The notes below the pieces were generated by a model. It was not told the origin of the DNA. It saw only the letters and a program-made list of their open reading frames with translations, and searched no databases. A program made the translations under genes and the position numbers. From the IMG/VR virus record IMGVR_UViG_3300008107_000157, positions 1 through 64,000 of that record: 64,000 nucleotides of DNA; one strand, 5' to 3'. The stretch's first letter is position 1. The number at the start of each line of letters is the position of its first letter. Below, in pieces: positions 39,857-49,332 of this stretch. The DNA comes from a virus.

Positions 39857-40713
39857 TATAAACTTATTATTTTTTTACTTAAATGATTCCAGTTTTTATA
39901 GTTTTCATAGTTTGGAGTTATACACTCCTCAAACATATACTCTTTATTAGAAATATCTACTATGAATTTATTCTCTTTTAGAGATTCATACATTTTCCTA
40001 TATTCATCTGAATATGAATATGGTGTATTAATATCTGCAACTGCTTTTAATCTTCTTCTTACTGTTGAATCCCATTTAAAATGATGTACTTGTGTGAAAT
40101 TTTTATCAACGGGGTATCTTAGCGGATGATTCCAACCTCTCCACTTCCAAGTAGTTTCACCATCAATAATAGCATAATGTTGTCCGTTTGATATTTGAAC
40201 ATTACCCTTACATAAAGTAACTTTATTTGGACAAGCTCCACTCATCGGTTGTCTAAAAAATCCAGCCATTGGAAACTCTTTCCAAATATTAGTATCATCA
40301 TCTATTGATGGAAAATCGCCATCAATACCAATTCTATCTATAAATCCACCAGTTACGAATTTCCATCCATTTATATCACAATCGGTTATTATTTCTGATA
40401 TCGGTTTTGAATACAATTGAAATTCATCATCATCTGCTACAATCCACCAATCATTTGGGAATAGCATTTTAGTTTCATTGTATAGATTTGTAACCATTTC
40501 CCAATCAAATGGTTTGTGAGTTTTTACTTTGTGAATTTTTAATCCGAAATCGGCACAAATATCTGCTATCTCAAATTCTATTTTCTTATTTGTTTCGGAG
40601 TTTTCATATACCACAACAAATATATCGCTCACTATATCTTTATAGTGATTCAATTGATGTCGTAATGTATTGGTGCGGTGTCCTGTAACTGTTACCAATT
40701 TTGGTTTAACCAT
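39856..40713 (-). CDS. GT-A fold (GT2-like) glycosyltransferase
   Basis: HY..I..IFVVV, WWIVADDDEF and HHFKW motifs. Confidence 0.7.
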   Translation of the reverse strand: MVKPKLVTVTGHRTNTLRHQLNHYKDIVSDIFVVVYENSETNKKIEFEIADICADFGLKIHKVKTHKPFDWEMVTNLYNETKMLFPNDWWIVADDDEFQLYSKPISEIITDCDINGWKFVTGGFIDRIGIDGDFPSIDDDTNIWKEFPMAGFFRQPMSGACPNKVTLCKGNVQISNGQHYAIIDGETTWKWRGWNHPLRYPVDKNFTQVHHFKWDSTVRRRLKAVADINTPYSYSDEYRKMYESLKENKFIVDISNKEYMFEECITPNYENYKNWNHLSKKIISL

Positions 40714-40738
40714 AACTTATTGTCTTCGTTTATATATA

Positions 40739-41497
40739 TTATTTTTTGGTTAATACTGTTAAACCAGTACTTGTGGTTTTAGATGTAAACATACGAAAAT
40801 TTTTTAAATTTACCAAATTCCAATCATTATTTTTTTCTAATTCTTTAATAAATTTAGCAGGGCCATCAAATGGAACAAAATCTTTTTTAGCTTCTTCTGT
40901 AATAATAAATGTGTCTTGGTATTTTTGGTCTATATCGTGAATTGTAATAATTCCGTTTTCTGACATTATTTGTGAATATAGTTCAAAATCTTTTTTAACT
41001 CCCTCATATGAATGGTCACCATCTATGTGTAGATAATCAATTTTAATATCTTGTCTTACAAAATAATCATAATATGCTCTTTCGGATGTTTCTAAAATTA
41101 CTTGGGGTTGAAAATGTGTTCTTAAAAAAGAATTCTCATCAGTCCAATCGGTATATCCACCTATACCATTAGCCGCATCTACGATAATTGTAGTTCCAAT
41201 ATCTCCCCATTCGTTTGTATTTTTTCCTTCAAAAATACCCTGCTCCCATAAATCATATCGTGATTGTGTCATAAGACGTGGTATAAATCCACCTCCCGTT
41301 CCAATACATACGCATATTTTTGCTCTAATAAATTGAATGAAAGAATATACCAACAACCCATCGCCTAAGTGTAAATCGGTTGCACCATGTGTCCAACGAT
41401 AATTTATCGGAGTATGTATCATATTACCATCTTCATTAATAATATGATTATTAGTTAAATAATCTTTAACTATATTTAAATTGATAAGACTTTGCAT
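40739..41497 (-). CDS. Class I SAM-dependent methyltransferase (Methyltransf_24-like)
   Basis: CIGTGGG and IDYLHIDGDHSYEGVKKDF...GIITIHD motifs. Confidence 0.85.
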   Translation of the reverse strand: MQSLINLNIVKDYLTNNHIINEDGNMIHTPINYRWTHGATDLHLGDGLLVYSFIQFIRAKICVCIGTGGGFIPRLMTQSRYDLWEQGIFEGKNTNEWGDIGTTIIVDAANGIGGYTDWTDENSFLRTHFQPQVILETSERAYYDYFVRQDIKIDYLHIDGDHSYEGVKKDFELYSQIMSENGIITIHDIDQKYQDTFIITEEAKKDFVPFDGPAKFIKELEKNNDWNLVNLKNFRMFTSKTTSTGLTVLTKK

Positions 41498-42465
41498 ATT
41501 TCAGTAACCCAGTTTTGTTTATTAATGTATTTGGTTAATCCATCTCTTAATTTAGAAAATTCTAAATTTATAGTATTGAAATCATCTTCTAATATTTTTA
41601 AATATCTTTGGTGAAATTCACCTTTACTACCTGCTCTATATTTGTAATCAATATGTTTCATCCATTCCGTATGTATGATTGGAATTTTACCATTATCGAC
41701 CGCATCAAAGATTGCGTATCCAAATGGCTCTTTTTCATAACATCCGTGAAATATCTGAAAATTACTTTCAAAAAACTTTTTATGAAATCTATAATCAAAT
41801 TCTATAAATCTATGATAATCTGAATTTGTATTCGAACTTTCTAACATTCGTTTATAGTCATATTTGTTTGAAAATATAATCGATGGAATGTAATCTAAAT
41901 AATGTGCGTTTTTTCTCGTTTCACACCTAGCCGCATATCCCACTTTATTGGTTATGATTCCTAAAAATGGTTTGCTTTCTTTCCATTCATAATAATTTGT
42001 AATGTTAATAACGTGTGGATAACTTTCATGTATAGTATCGTTTTCATATCCAATCCAAATTATATTATCCGAATTATCTAATATTTCCTTTTGCCATTCC
42101 CAATCTATTTTAGTCATTATGTTTTCATAATCAGAATTCAAACCCATCATATCAGGAATAAAAGCATGAACAAAGGTTGTGTGAGTTTTATGTAAATACT
42201 TTTTGATTATAGGATTTGGTTTGTAAGAATGATGTAAAAAAACTATTTTATCACAAGACTCCAATAAGGCATCTACTTTTCCATCATTTTCAAATGTGTA
42301 TAATTTATAAAAATCTTCTTTTCTATTTACTAAAGGTCTACCATCTATTAGTAAAACAAATTTCTCTTTTATTAATGGAAATATATTTTCTATAAAATTA
42401 GACACCCATAAATCAGAACCTCCTATAACATTTTCATTATAACCCGTTGTTATGAATACTATCAT
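41476..42465 (-). CDS. GT-B fold (GT4-like) glycosyltransferase
   Basis: IGGSD N-terminal loop, AARCETRKN and EPFGYAIFDAVDNGKIPI motifs. Confidence 0.72.
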   Translation of the reverse strand: MIVFITTGYNENVIGGSDLWVSNFIENIFPLIKEKFVLLIDGRPLVNRKEDFYKLYTFENDGKVDALLESCDKIVFLHHSYKPNPIIKKYLHKTHTTFVHAFIPDMMGLNSDYENIMTKIDWEWQKEILDNSDNIIWIGYENDTIHESYPHVINITNYYEWKESKPFLGIITNKVGYAARCETRKNAHYLDYIPSIIFSNKYDYKRMLESSNTNSDYHRFIEFDYRFHKKFFESNFQIFHGCYEKEPFGYAIFDAVDNGKIPIIHTEWMKHIDYKYRAGSKGEFHQRYLKILEDDFNTINLEFSKLRDGLTKYINKQNWVTEICKVLSI

Positions 42466-45400
42466 ATACTTCCACTTATTTTTGCTTCCAATTCATCTAT
42501 TTTGGCAGATAATTGCTGAATTGATTTAATCATAGGTGATATTAATTCATTATATGCAATACCAAGCTCTTGTCTATCAGATGCAGCCATTTCACGCTCA
42601 TACACTTCCCAATCTCTTCTATCTTTAAATTTTTCAATTTCTTCCGCAGTATAATTTACAGAAGAACTTACTAAAAATCCAGCATCAGAAGTTGTTAATC
42701 CATAATCTACTAAAGATGCTGTAACTTCTTGTGCAATCAATCCATAATGAAATCTTGGACTAGATGCTCCTATTCTTTTATATTTTACAGGATTTAATTT
42801 GTTTATAAAATCTAAACCCAAATCAGTTGGTTGTATATCCTCTTTTAATCTTCTATCTGAAACTTGTAATAGATTATTTGAATATATGTATCTCCACCTA
42901 TTACCACTTGTACCTAAATCGTTTGTATTTCCTGTAAATGGATGAACAACTCCATCGAAGTATGAAAAAGTACTAGTATTCGGAGATTTTACATAAATAG
43001 CACCTAAAGATTCGAATGCATATGAACTATTTCTAGCTATTTTTGCAAATTGATTTGCAGATGATGCAACTTGTAAACCAAACTCTGTTAATTCACCAAA
43101 ATCTACTTCAGGGGTAAAATTACTACTTCCCCCCGTATAACCACCACCAGCGAGTTGTACATATCCACTTGTAAAATTACCTTGCACTGTCCTTACAGGA
43201 AACAAATAATAAGTACCCGCAGTAGGAAATGATAACGTTGTGAGGGATGAGTATATGCCCATAACTCCCGTTTCATTCGGCATACCATATGTTGTATCAC
43301 CACCAACACTTATATATCCAACACTATTTGCAGTTGCGTATGTAGGTCCATCTTTAATCTCAATCCAAAAATTAACAGAAAAATATCCATTAAAAGTTGG
43401 GCTCGTATAATATAAGTTAGAGCCATTTCCAGAAAATGATGGAGTACCAACGTAGCTACCCGCATCCGGTATATATATAGTTTGAACAACACCAACTGTT
43501 TGATTATACACATTTGAATAATAAGTACCAGCACCGGTTGTTTGGGATGGCATTGAAAGATTTACACTATTTCCTCCTAAATATGTTAGCTGACCTGTTC
43601 TTATTGTTAATTTTGTTGCACCGTTGGCGTTATTGAATCTCATAGATGGTATAGATGGGTCTAATATGATTTTACCAGCAGAACCACTACCTTCCAAAGC
43701 AGTACCACTAATAGTCCATCCACCAATTCTACCGGTATTTGCGGTTACCGTACCCGTCATAGATGCGTTATTGGCAACCATATTTCCAGAAGTATCTACT
43801 GAAAAGTTAGAGCCAATTGTAATAGCACCACCACTAATAGTAACATTTGTTGCAGTTAGTGCACCTGCAGGTGTTACTCTAAATGGCGCAGAAGCAAATG
43901 TTGTATTACCCAAATATATACCATTTGAGTCCGCTTTAAAAATGTTATTTCCTGTACCAATTGAAATAGTTCCACCACTAAATGTTGATGCATTCATAGT
44001 TCCAGTAAGCGATAAAGCACTTCCATTAAAAGATAATTTATCGCCTAATGAAAATATATCAGTAGAACCTGATTTGAAATAAAATGGAGTGTTTGCATTG
44101 TTGTAAGTTCCCGCTCCAACGTATATACTTTTATTTGTACCATCCAATGTAATACCATTTGGCCCTACTCTAAATATTTCATCAAAATAGCCAGCATTAC
44201 CAGCAATAGCCGGTGAATATATAAAACTATCATTAATAAAAGTACCCGTTAAAGTAGAGTTACCATTAACAACTGCTTGTAAGTTATTAGCAACTGTTGT
44301 TGCTGCTGATTGCGCATTTGATGCCGCAGTTGATGCATTAGAAGCAGCGGTTGCGGCATTGTTTGCGGTTGTTTGTGCAGTTGCCGCCGATGCAGTTGCT
44401 GCGTTTGCGGTTGTTTGTGCCGTAGCTGCATTACTAACGCCTGTATTTGCCGTTAATTGTGCGGTATTAACACTTCCTGATAGTGTTGTAAATCCACCAA
44501 ATCCACCCAAGTCTACCGATGATTGATTTGTAAAGTTTAATGAACCTTTTATTTCCAAAGAAGTTCCTGTCCACTTTAAGAATGATGTAGTTCCGTTTAC
44601 AATACTAAATTTAGCAACGTTACTATCTCTACCCAAAAATATTCCATCATTTGCATATCCTTGCGTTGATTGTCCAATTGATAAATACGGATTTGTACTA
44701 CCGCCGGCTAATGTAATATTAGCAGATGATACTCCACCATTATTATTTGTACCAATGTTTAATGTACTTTGAACATATGAATCTTCAAATAAACCTATCT
44801 TTGCAGCCACAAAGAAATCTTGTGTTCCTAATGAAATCCACGGCCCACCTAAATCTGGTCTACCTGTTAAAGAATTTGAGTTATTTGTTGATGTGTGTTG
44901 TCTAGTTGCTGCATAATATGTATCATATGGAGCGTTTCCGTTTGAACTCCACAATACAGTATCTCTTCGTCCATCACCAGAAGTTAACCCATCCGAATAT
45001 TGATAAGCTCTTCCTGCTTCCCAAATTCCAGTATGAACCACACCAGGTCCAGTTTGTCCATCTAATGTTACTGATACTTTATGTGATTGTGAAACAGAAG
45101 CCGGAGTACCAGCCGCGTTTTTATATTCAACCGTAAACGTTACATTTGTTCCTGCGGTTGTTGTTGGAGTTGTTGGTGTTATAGATGCGTTTGTGTGTGC
45201 TTGATGCCCAGATAAACTTACAATTCTAAATGTAGAAGCTGAAGCTAATGTTGCACTATATGTATAAGTTGTGGCTCCCTCAACAACACTAACCACAAAT
45301 GCGGTTGGTGTTCCATATGTTCCCGTATTACTTCGTGTAACAATTTGTGATGCTGGATTTAAGTTTACTACAACTCCACTTTCTCCTTGTTTTATTTTGG

Positions 45401-46310
45401 AAGCTCTTATTGTTATGTTTTGCGTTTGACCCGTTGTACCTTCACTATTAGTATGAACTACTGTCAATGTTACCGATGCTTCATCTGCGTTCATAACAGC
45501 CGATGTCATTGTAAGAGTGGCACCACTAACAGTTGGCAGAGTTGAAAATCCAACTGCATTGGCTGGCGTAAATGACATAGATGTGAACATAGAATTTGTT
45601 CCTTCTAATGCACTTATTGTAACATTTTGTAATGTTCCTGTTTGTGTACCAGCTGCGTTTGCTGCAACAGTTTGTGCTTGCGGAGTTGCTGAAATAGTAA
45701 CGCTTGGTACTGCTTTTCTTGCTTTAGATATTGTAGCTACTACATTTTTTGTTCCCGTTGTTCCTTCACTATCGGTATAATTTACAGGAATAGTTACTTG
45801 TCCCGTATCAGCAGACATTGATGATGCGTTTGAAGTAAATGTTAAGGTGTTTGTAGACGTAGTTCCACTTAATCCATTTGTATATGTCGGTGTTCCTAAA
45901 GATGAAAACCTAGTAGTATTACCTTCTAATGCGGTTATTGTAAGAGAATTAGGGGTAGCAGAACCACTACCTTTTGAATTAGCTTCTATCGTTTGAGCCG
46001 GTGGTGTAACTGCCACTACAACATTAGGAACTCCATCTTTTGCTTTTGAATAAGTTACAACTTTTGTAATATCAGTTGTACTACCTCTACCGTCTTTATA
46101 TCTTACCAATAAACTTAATGAACCACTATCAGCGGTTAATGATGTAATTCCATAAGTAGCATCATCTGGTGTTGTATCATTTGGAGTACAATTTATACCC
46201 GTTGCTGAAATTATATCAAATCTATTATTTGTTGCTAAATTTTCTTCTCTTGCAATATCTTCTCCACCAACTTTAACACTTACCGAACCACTTGTTGCAA
46301 CAAATGAACT
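42462..46310 (-). CDS. Tail fibre, C-terminal part, with intramolecular chaperone (peptidase S74)
   Basis: Thr/Ser/Gly-rich repeats, AQTTAN coiled-coil repeats, NDLGTSGNRW, SDRRLKEDI...GLIAQEV..YNELISPMIKSIQQL; no convincing start of its own. Confidence 0.85.
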   Translation of the reverse strand, partial: SSFVATSGSVSVKVGGEDIAREENLATNNRFDIISATGINCTPNDTTPDDATYGITSLTADSGSLSLLVRYKDGRGSTTDITKVVTYSKAKDGVPNVVVAVTPPAQTIEANSKGSGSATPNSLTITALEGNTTRFSSLGTPTYTNGLSGTTSTNTLTFTSNASSMSADTGQVTIPVNYTDSEGTTGTKNVVATISKARKAVPSVTISATPQAQTVAANAAGTQTGTLQNVTISALEGTNSMFTSMSFTPANAVGFSTLPTVSGATLTMTSAVMNADEASVTLTVVHTNSEGTTGQTQNITIRASKIKQGESGVVVNLNPASQIVTRSNTGTYGTPTAFVVSVVEGATTYTYSATLASASTFRIVSLSGHQAHTNASITPTTPTTTAGTNVTFTVEYKNAAGTPASVSQSHKVSVTLDGQTGPGVVHTGIWEAGRAYQYSDGLTSGDGRRDTVLWSSNGNAPYDTYYAATRQHTSTNNSNSLTGRPDLGGPWISLGTQDFFVAAKIGLFEDSYVQSTLNIGTNNNGGVSSANITLAGGSTNPYLSIGQSTQGYANDGIFLGRDSNVAKFSIVNGTTSFLKWTGTSLEIKGSLNFTNQSSVDLGGFGGFTTLSGSVNTAQLTANTGVSNAATAQTTANAATASAATAQTTANNAATAASNASTAASNAQSAATTVANNLQAVVNGNSTLTGTFINDSFIYSPAIAGNAGYFDEIFRVGPNGITLDGTNKSIYVGAGTYNNANTPFYFKSGSTDIFSLGDKLSFNGSALSLTGTMNASTFSGGTISIGTGNNIFKADSNGIYLGNTTFASAPFRVTPAGALTATNVTISGGAITIGSNFSVDTSGNMVANNASMTGTVTANTGRIGGWTISGTALEGSGSAGKIILDPSIPSMRFNNANGATKLTIRTGQLTYLGGNSVNLSMPSQTTGAGTYYSNVYNQTVGVVQTIYIPDAGSYVGTPSFSGNGSNLYYTSPTFNGYFSVNFWIEIKDGPTYATANSVGYISVGGDTTYGMPNETGVMGIYSSLTTLSFPTAGTYYLFPVRTVQGNFTSGYVQLAGGGYTGGSSNFTPEVDFGELTEFGLQVASSANQFAKIARNSSYAFESLGAIYVKSPNTSTFSYFDGVVHPFTGNTNDLGTSGNRWRYIYSNNLLQVSDRRLKEDIQPTDLGLDFINKLNPVKYKRIGASSPRFHYGLIAQEVTASLVDYGLTTSDAGFLVSSSVNYTAEEIEKFKDRRDWEVYEREMAASDRQELGIAYNELISPMIKSIQQLSAKIDELEAKISGSI
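44280..44470 (-). repeat. Ala/Thr-rich heptad repeats (AATAQTTAN) in the tail fibre
   Basis: gtttgcggttgtttgtgc occurs twice; protein AQLTAN/AQTTAN/AQTTAN. Confidence 0.75.
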
Positions 46311-49056
46311 GTGATTCTGCGATAACCGATGATAGTGTAACCTCATCATTATATGCGATGCCATTTAAATCATATGCCGTAAATGTGTATGTTTGTACTC
46401 CGGTACTATATTGGTAATTTGAAGATTGTCCAGCTGAAATTGTATAAGATGTAACACCATTTCCTTCATAGTTTGGTGCTGATAAAGCAGGAACTCCACT
46501 ACCGCTTGTTACAGTTATAGTGTTTGTTAAACTTCCTAAGTTTAATCTTTTTGCTAATATTGTTATGGTTTGTGAAGATGGAATAGGTGATAAATCAGTC
46601 ATCTTATAAAAAAACTGATTTGCATCTGATGTTGCTATTAACCCTTTACCTTTATCTCCTTTTAATACCGCATCAATTGTTACGGATGAGGTAAAATCTC
46701 CATCAACAGTATCGTATTTAAAATCATAATGTGATTGTCCAAAATCATATACATAACCACTTCCAGAAATCGGTGTTGCGCTATATTGGTGAGTAGATGA
46801 TGTTACAAATAATCTATAAACAGTTGCATTTCCAACACTTTCTATTTCGTGTAATGGTGGAGGCGTTCCTACTTCCGAACCCGATGTTATATTAAACCCT
46901 TCACTTTCAAATGATGGTAGATTTTGTCTTACTAAACGAATATCAATATAATCATCGGAAATATCAGATTTATATCTATCATCCGGGTCAAATACAAAAT
47001 TATTTTTATCTGCCGTAGCATAGAATAATCTTGCAGGTGCACCTTGGTCTATTCTAAAAATTGTAAAGTATCTATTAACATCTTCACAACTAGCCGTATA
47101 TGTAATTGCTCCAACAGTTACTCCTAAAGCAGAAGAACCTGTGAAGTTTGGTAAAGATAATGTTCTCGTATCAACATCTACATAATCCAATGTTCCCGGC
47201 TTTGGCGTTCCGGTAATTAAATTACCATTAACATCAACCGATTGTGATTGAAATGTAACAGAACCAGTCAATCCTGTTTTTGTAAAATCAATTGTTACCA
47301 ATTGTGGAAATATGGATGCCGTTGAAAAGTTAAACGAATTATTCGAAACGTTTAATTGTAAATCCCTTCTAACATCAACATCGTTACCACCCGTAAAAGT
47401 AAATTCTTCCTCCAATAAAACGGGAACATAATTATTGTTGATATCATATAACTCAAATTTAAAATCAAATGTTTCATTATTGATTTTAACTGGCACATTT
47501 ACAGTTAATGTAATTTCATTTGGTGAAAACGATGATTCTTGTGCCGCTCTTAAACTTATATCGCTAATATGCCAAACCCCTCCTTTAACAACATAAACTA
47601 AATTACCAATGCCATCGGCATCGGGCTTAAAGTTTATTTGTTGTTTATCATATTTTCTGAATTGAGTATTTGTTGTTAAATCCCCAATCTTTTTTCCGTA
47701 GTTTGTTTCTAATGATGTTGGAGTAAAGGCAGAACCACTCATATAAACTTCAATACCACCAAATGTATCAGCTGCTGCGGATAACAATGGTGTAAAATCT
47801 AATTGATATTCTGTATTCTTTGTGAAATTTACCGATTCTTTGTTATAGAATTTAAATAATCCAACCGATGAACTATAATCGCTTTGTGGTGTTAATAATA
47901 CTGATTTTAAAAGAGTTGTATTATCAACACTAAGATTTACACCCGTTTCTATTACCGATGATGTCCAAAATGATGATAATATAGCATTGGTAAATAAACC
48001 AGTTCTAACATTTAATTGATTTGCAAAAGATGATGTTAATAATAACTCATTACTTTCTAATTGAACATCTTCTAATAATTGAAAATCGCCTAAATCATTT
48101 TTAGAACTAGCATAAACTTTAATTCGGTTTACATCACCACTAAATGTATCTAAATCGGTAATGTTTATGGTAGCAAATGATGAATTGATTGCTGAATCGG
48201 TTAGTGTTACATCCGCATCGTATGACATTGTGTATGATGCCGATGTAAATGCGGTAACCGAATAATAATTTGGTAAAGATGAACCCGTTACATAATATGG
48301 TACATCTACAAATGCTTTTTTATTTGTTGTAACATCGGTTATGGTTGGCGAATATATTTTATTAAAACCAGAGCCGGTTATTTCTATAATCTCTCTTTCC
48401 ATTGATTCGGAAAATTGAGATAACGCATTTAATGATAATTCGTATCGTGAAACTCCTTTAAATGTTCTATAATCTTCGCCAGCCGATGGTACTATTGGTG
48501 TACCATTTAATGAACCAGATATTGTTAATCTACTTACATTTCTATTATAAATCGGAAGTATTGATTCCGTTATATCAATTTTTGGTCTACGATAAAATCT
48601 TATCTTAGATGTATTTGCTAATATTGGGTTTACATTTATTTGCTTTTCCCACTTAACGTTGTATGTGTCTTTCCAATTTTCAGGAACAGGAACTCTAACT
48701 CCGTTTGAAACATACTCACTTAACTCACCCAATATTGTTACAGTACACGGACCAAATGCAGTATCGGGGTATATATAAACGGCAACGACTTTAGAAGTTC
48801 CTTCAAAATATTCAGGAATACCTTCACCTGGTTCGTGATAAATTATGTTACCCTGTGAATCTCTGATTTGTATTTTTACAATTGTATCGGAAACCAATTC
48901 CGGCGAACCTTGAATAAGGAATGCGTTTTTACCTCCCGTAAATGTATCGGGTAATTCTGTTATTTTAAAATATCTACTATTAGGGTCGGTATCGTTTACT
49001 AAAACATTAATTGTTTCTAAACTTTCATCGAAAAGAGTTTTCTTCAGAATTGCCAT
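46273..49056 (-). CDS. Tail fibre/structural protein, N-terminal part
   Basis: Beta-rich and SGS/TGS-rich; the last 11 residues (FICCNKWFGKC) look out of frame. Confidence 0.75.
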   Translation of the reverse strand: MAILKKTLFDESLETINVLVNDTDPNSRYFKITELPDTFTGGKNAFLIQGSPELVSDTIVKIQIRDSQGNIIYHEPGEGIPEYFEGTSKVVAVYIYPDTAFGPCTVTILGELSEYVSNGVRVPVPENWKDTYNVKWEKQINVNPILANTSKIRFYRRPKIDITESILPIYNRNVSRLTISGSLNGTPIVPSAGEDYRTFKGVSRYELSLNALSQFSESMEREIIEITGSGFNKIYSPTITDVTTNKKAFVDVPYYVTGSSLPNYYSVTAFTSASYTMSYDADVTLTDSAINSSFATINITDLDTFSGDVNRIKVYASSKNDLGDFQLLEDVQLESNELLLTSSFANQLNVRTGLFTNAILSSFWTSSVIETGVNLSVDNTTLLKSVLLTPQSDYSSSVGLFKFYNKESVNFTKNTEYQLDFTPLLSAAADTFGGIEVYMSGSAFTPTSLETNYGKKIGDLTTNTQFRKYDKQQINFKPDADGIGNLVYVVKGGVWHISDISLRAAQESSFSPNEITLTVNVPVKINNETFDFKFELYDINNNYVPVLLEEEFTFTGGNDVDVRRDLQLNVSNNSFNFSTASIFPQLVTIDFTKTGLTGSVTFQSQSVDVNGNLITGTPKPGTLDYVDVDTRTLSLPNFTGSSALGVTVGAITYTASCEDVNRYFTIFRIDQGAPARLFYATADKNNFVFDPDDRYKSDISDDYIDIRLVRQNLPSFESEGFNITSGSEVGTPPPLHEIESVGNATVYRLFVTSSTHQYSATPISGSGYVYDFGQSHYDFKYDTVDGDFTSSVTIDAVLKGDKGKGLIATSDANQFFYKMTDLSPIPSSQTITILAKRLNLGSLTNTITVTSGSGVPALSAPNYEGNGVTSYTISAGQSSNYQYSTGVQTYTFTAYDLNGIAYNDEVTLSSVIAESQFICCNKWFGKC

Positions 49057-49078
49057 TGTATATCTTTGAGTTACAATG

Positions 49079-49114
49079 ATAAATATTTCAAAAAAATATT
49101 ATCTTCATATTTAT
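49079..49114. promoter_or_regulatory. Divergent pair of ATATTTAT motifs (minus 49079-49086, plus 49107-49114)
   Basis: Each motif points toward its adjacent gene start (49056 on minus, 49153 on plus). Confidence 0.6.
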
Positions 49115-49120
49115 ATAAAG

Positions 49121-49143
49121 AAAACTAATAAAAACTAAAGAAA
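49121..49143 (+). promoter_or_regulatory. Tandem AAAACTAA repeat with 10-bp period, putative operator
   Basis: AAAACTAATA AAAACTAAAG AAA lies between the promoter motif and the RHH start; the same 13-mer occurs at 153-165. Confidence 0.5.
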
Positions 49144-49152
49144 TATAAAGTT

Positions 49153-49332
49153 ATGAAATATTCTATGTTGCAAATAAAAAAAGAAACCCACGAACTTCTC
49201 AAAAAATATTGCGAAGAACATGGGTTTAAGATGGGGAGTTTAGTTGAAAATTTAATTAAAAAACACGTCGGTGTTACTAAACCTCAAGCGAGTGTGTTAA
49301 GAGCTGATAAGGTTAAAAATCAATCTTACTAA
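49153..49332 (+). CDS. Small ribbon-helix-helix-like DNA-binding protein (59 aa, not in the ORF track)
   Basis: MKYSMLQIKKETHELLKKYCEEHGFKMGSLVENLIKKH shows a beta-strand/helix/G-turn/helix pattern; has its own promoter motif; the only credible plus-strand gene. Confidence 0.7.
   Translation: MKYSMLQIKKETHELLKKYCEEHGFKMGSLVENLIKKHVGVTKPQASVLRADKVKNQSY

Noticed and set aside
42462-44000. Diversity-generating retroelement target in the tail fibre
   Set aside because: No reverse transcriptase or template/variable repeat pair seen in the window
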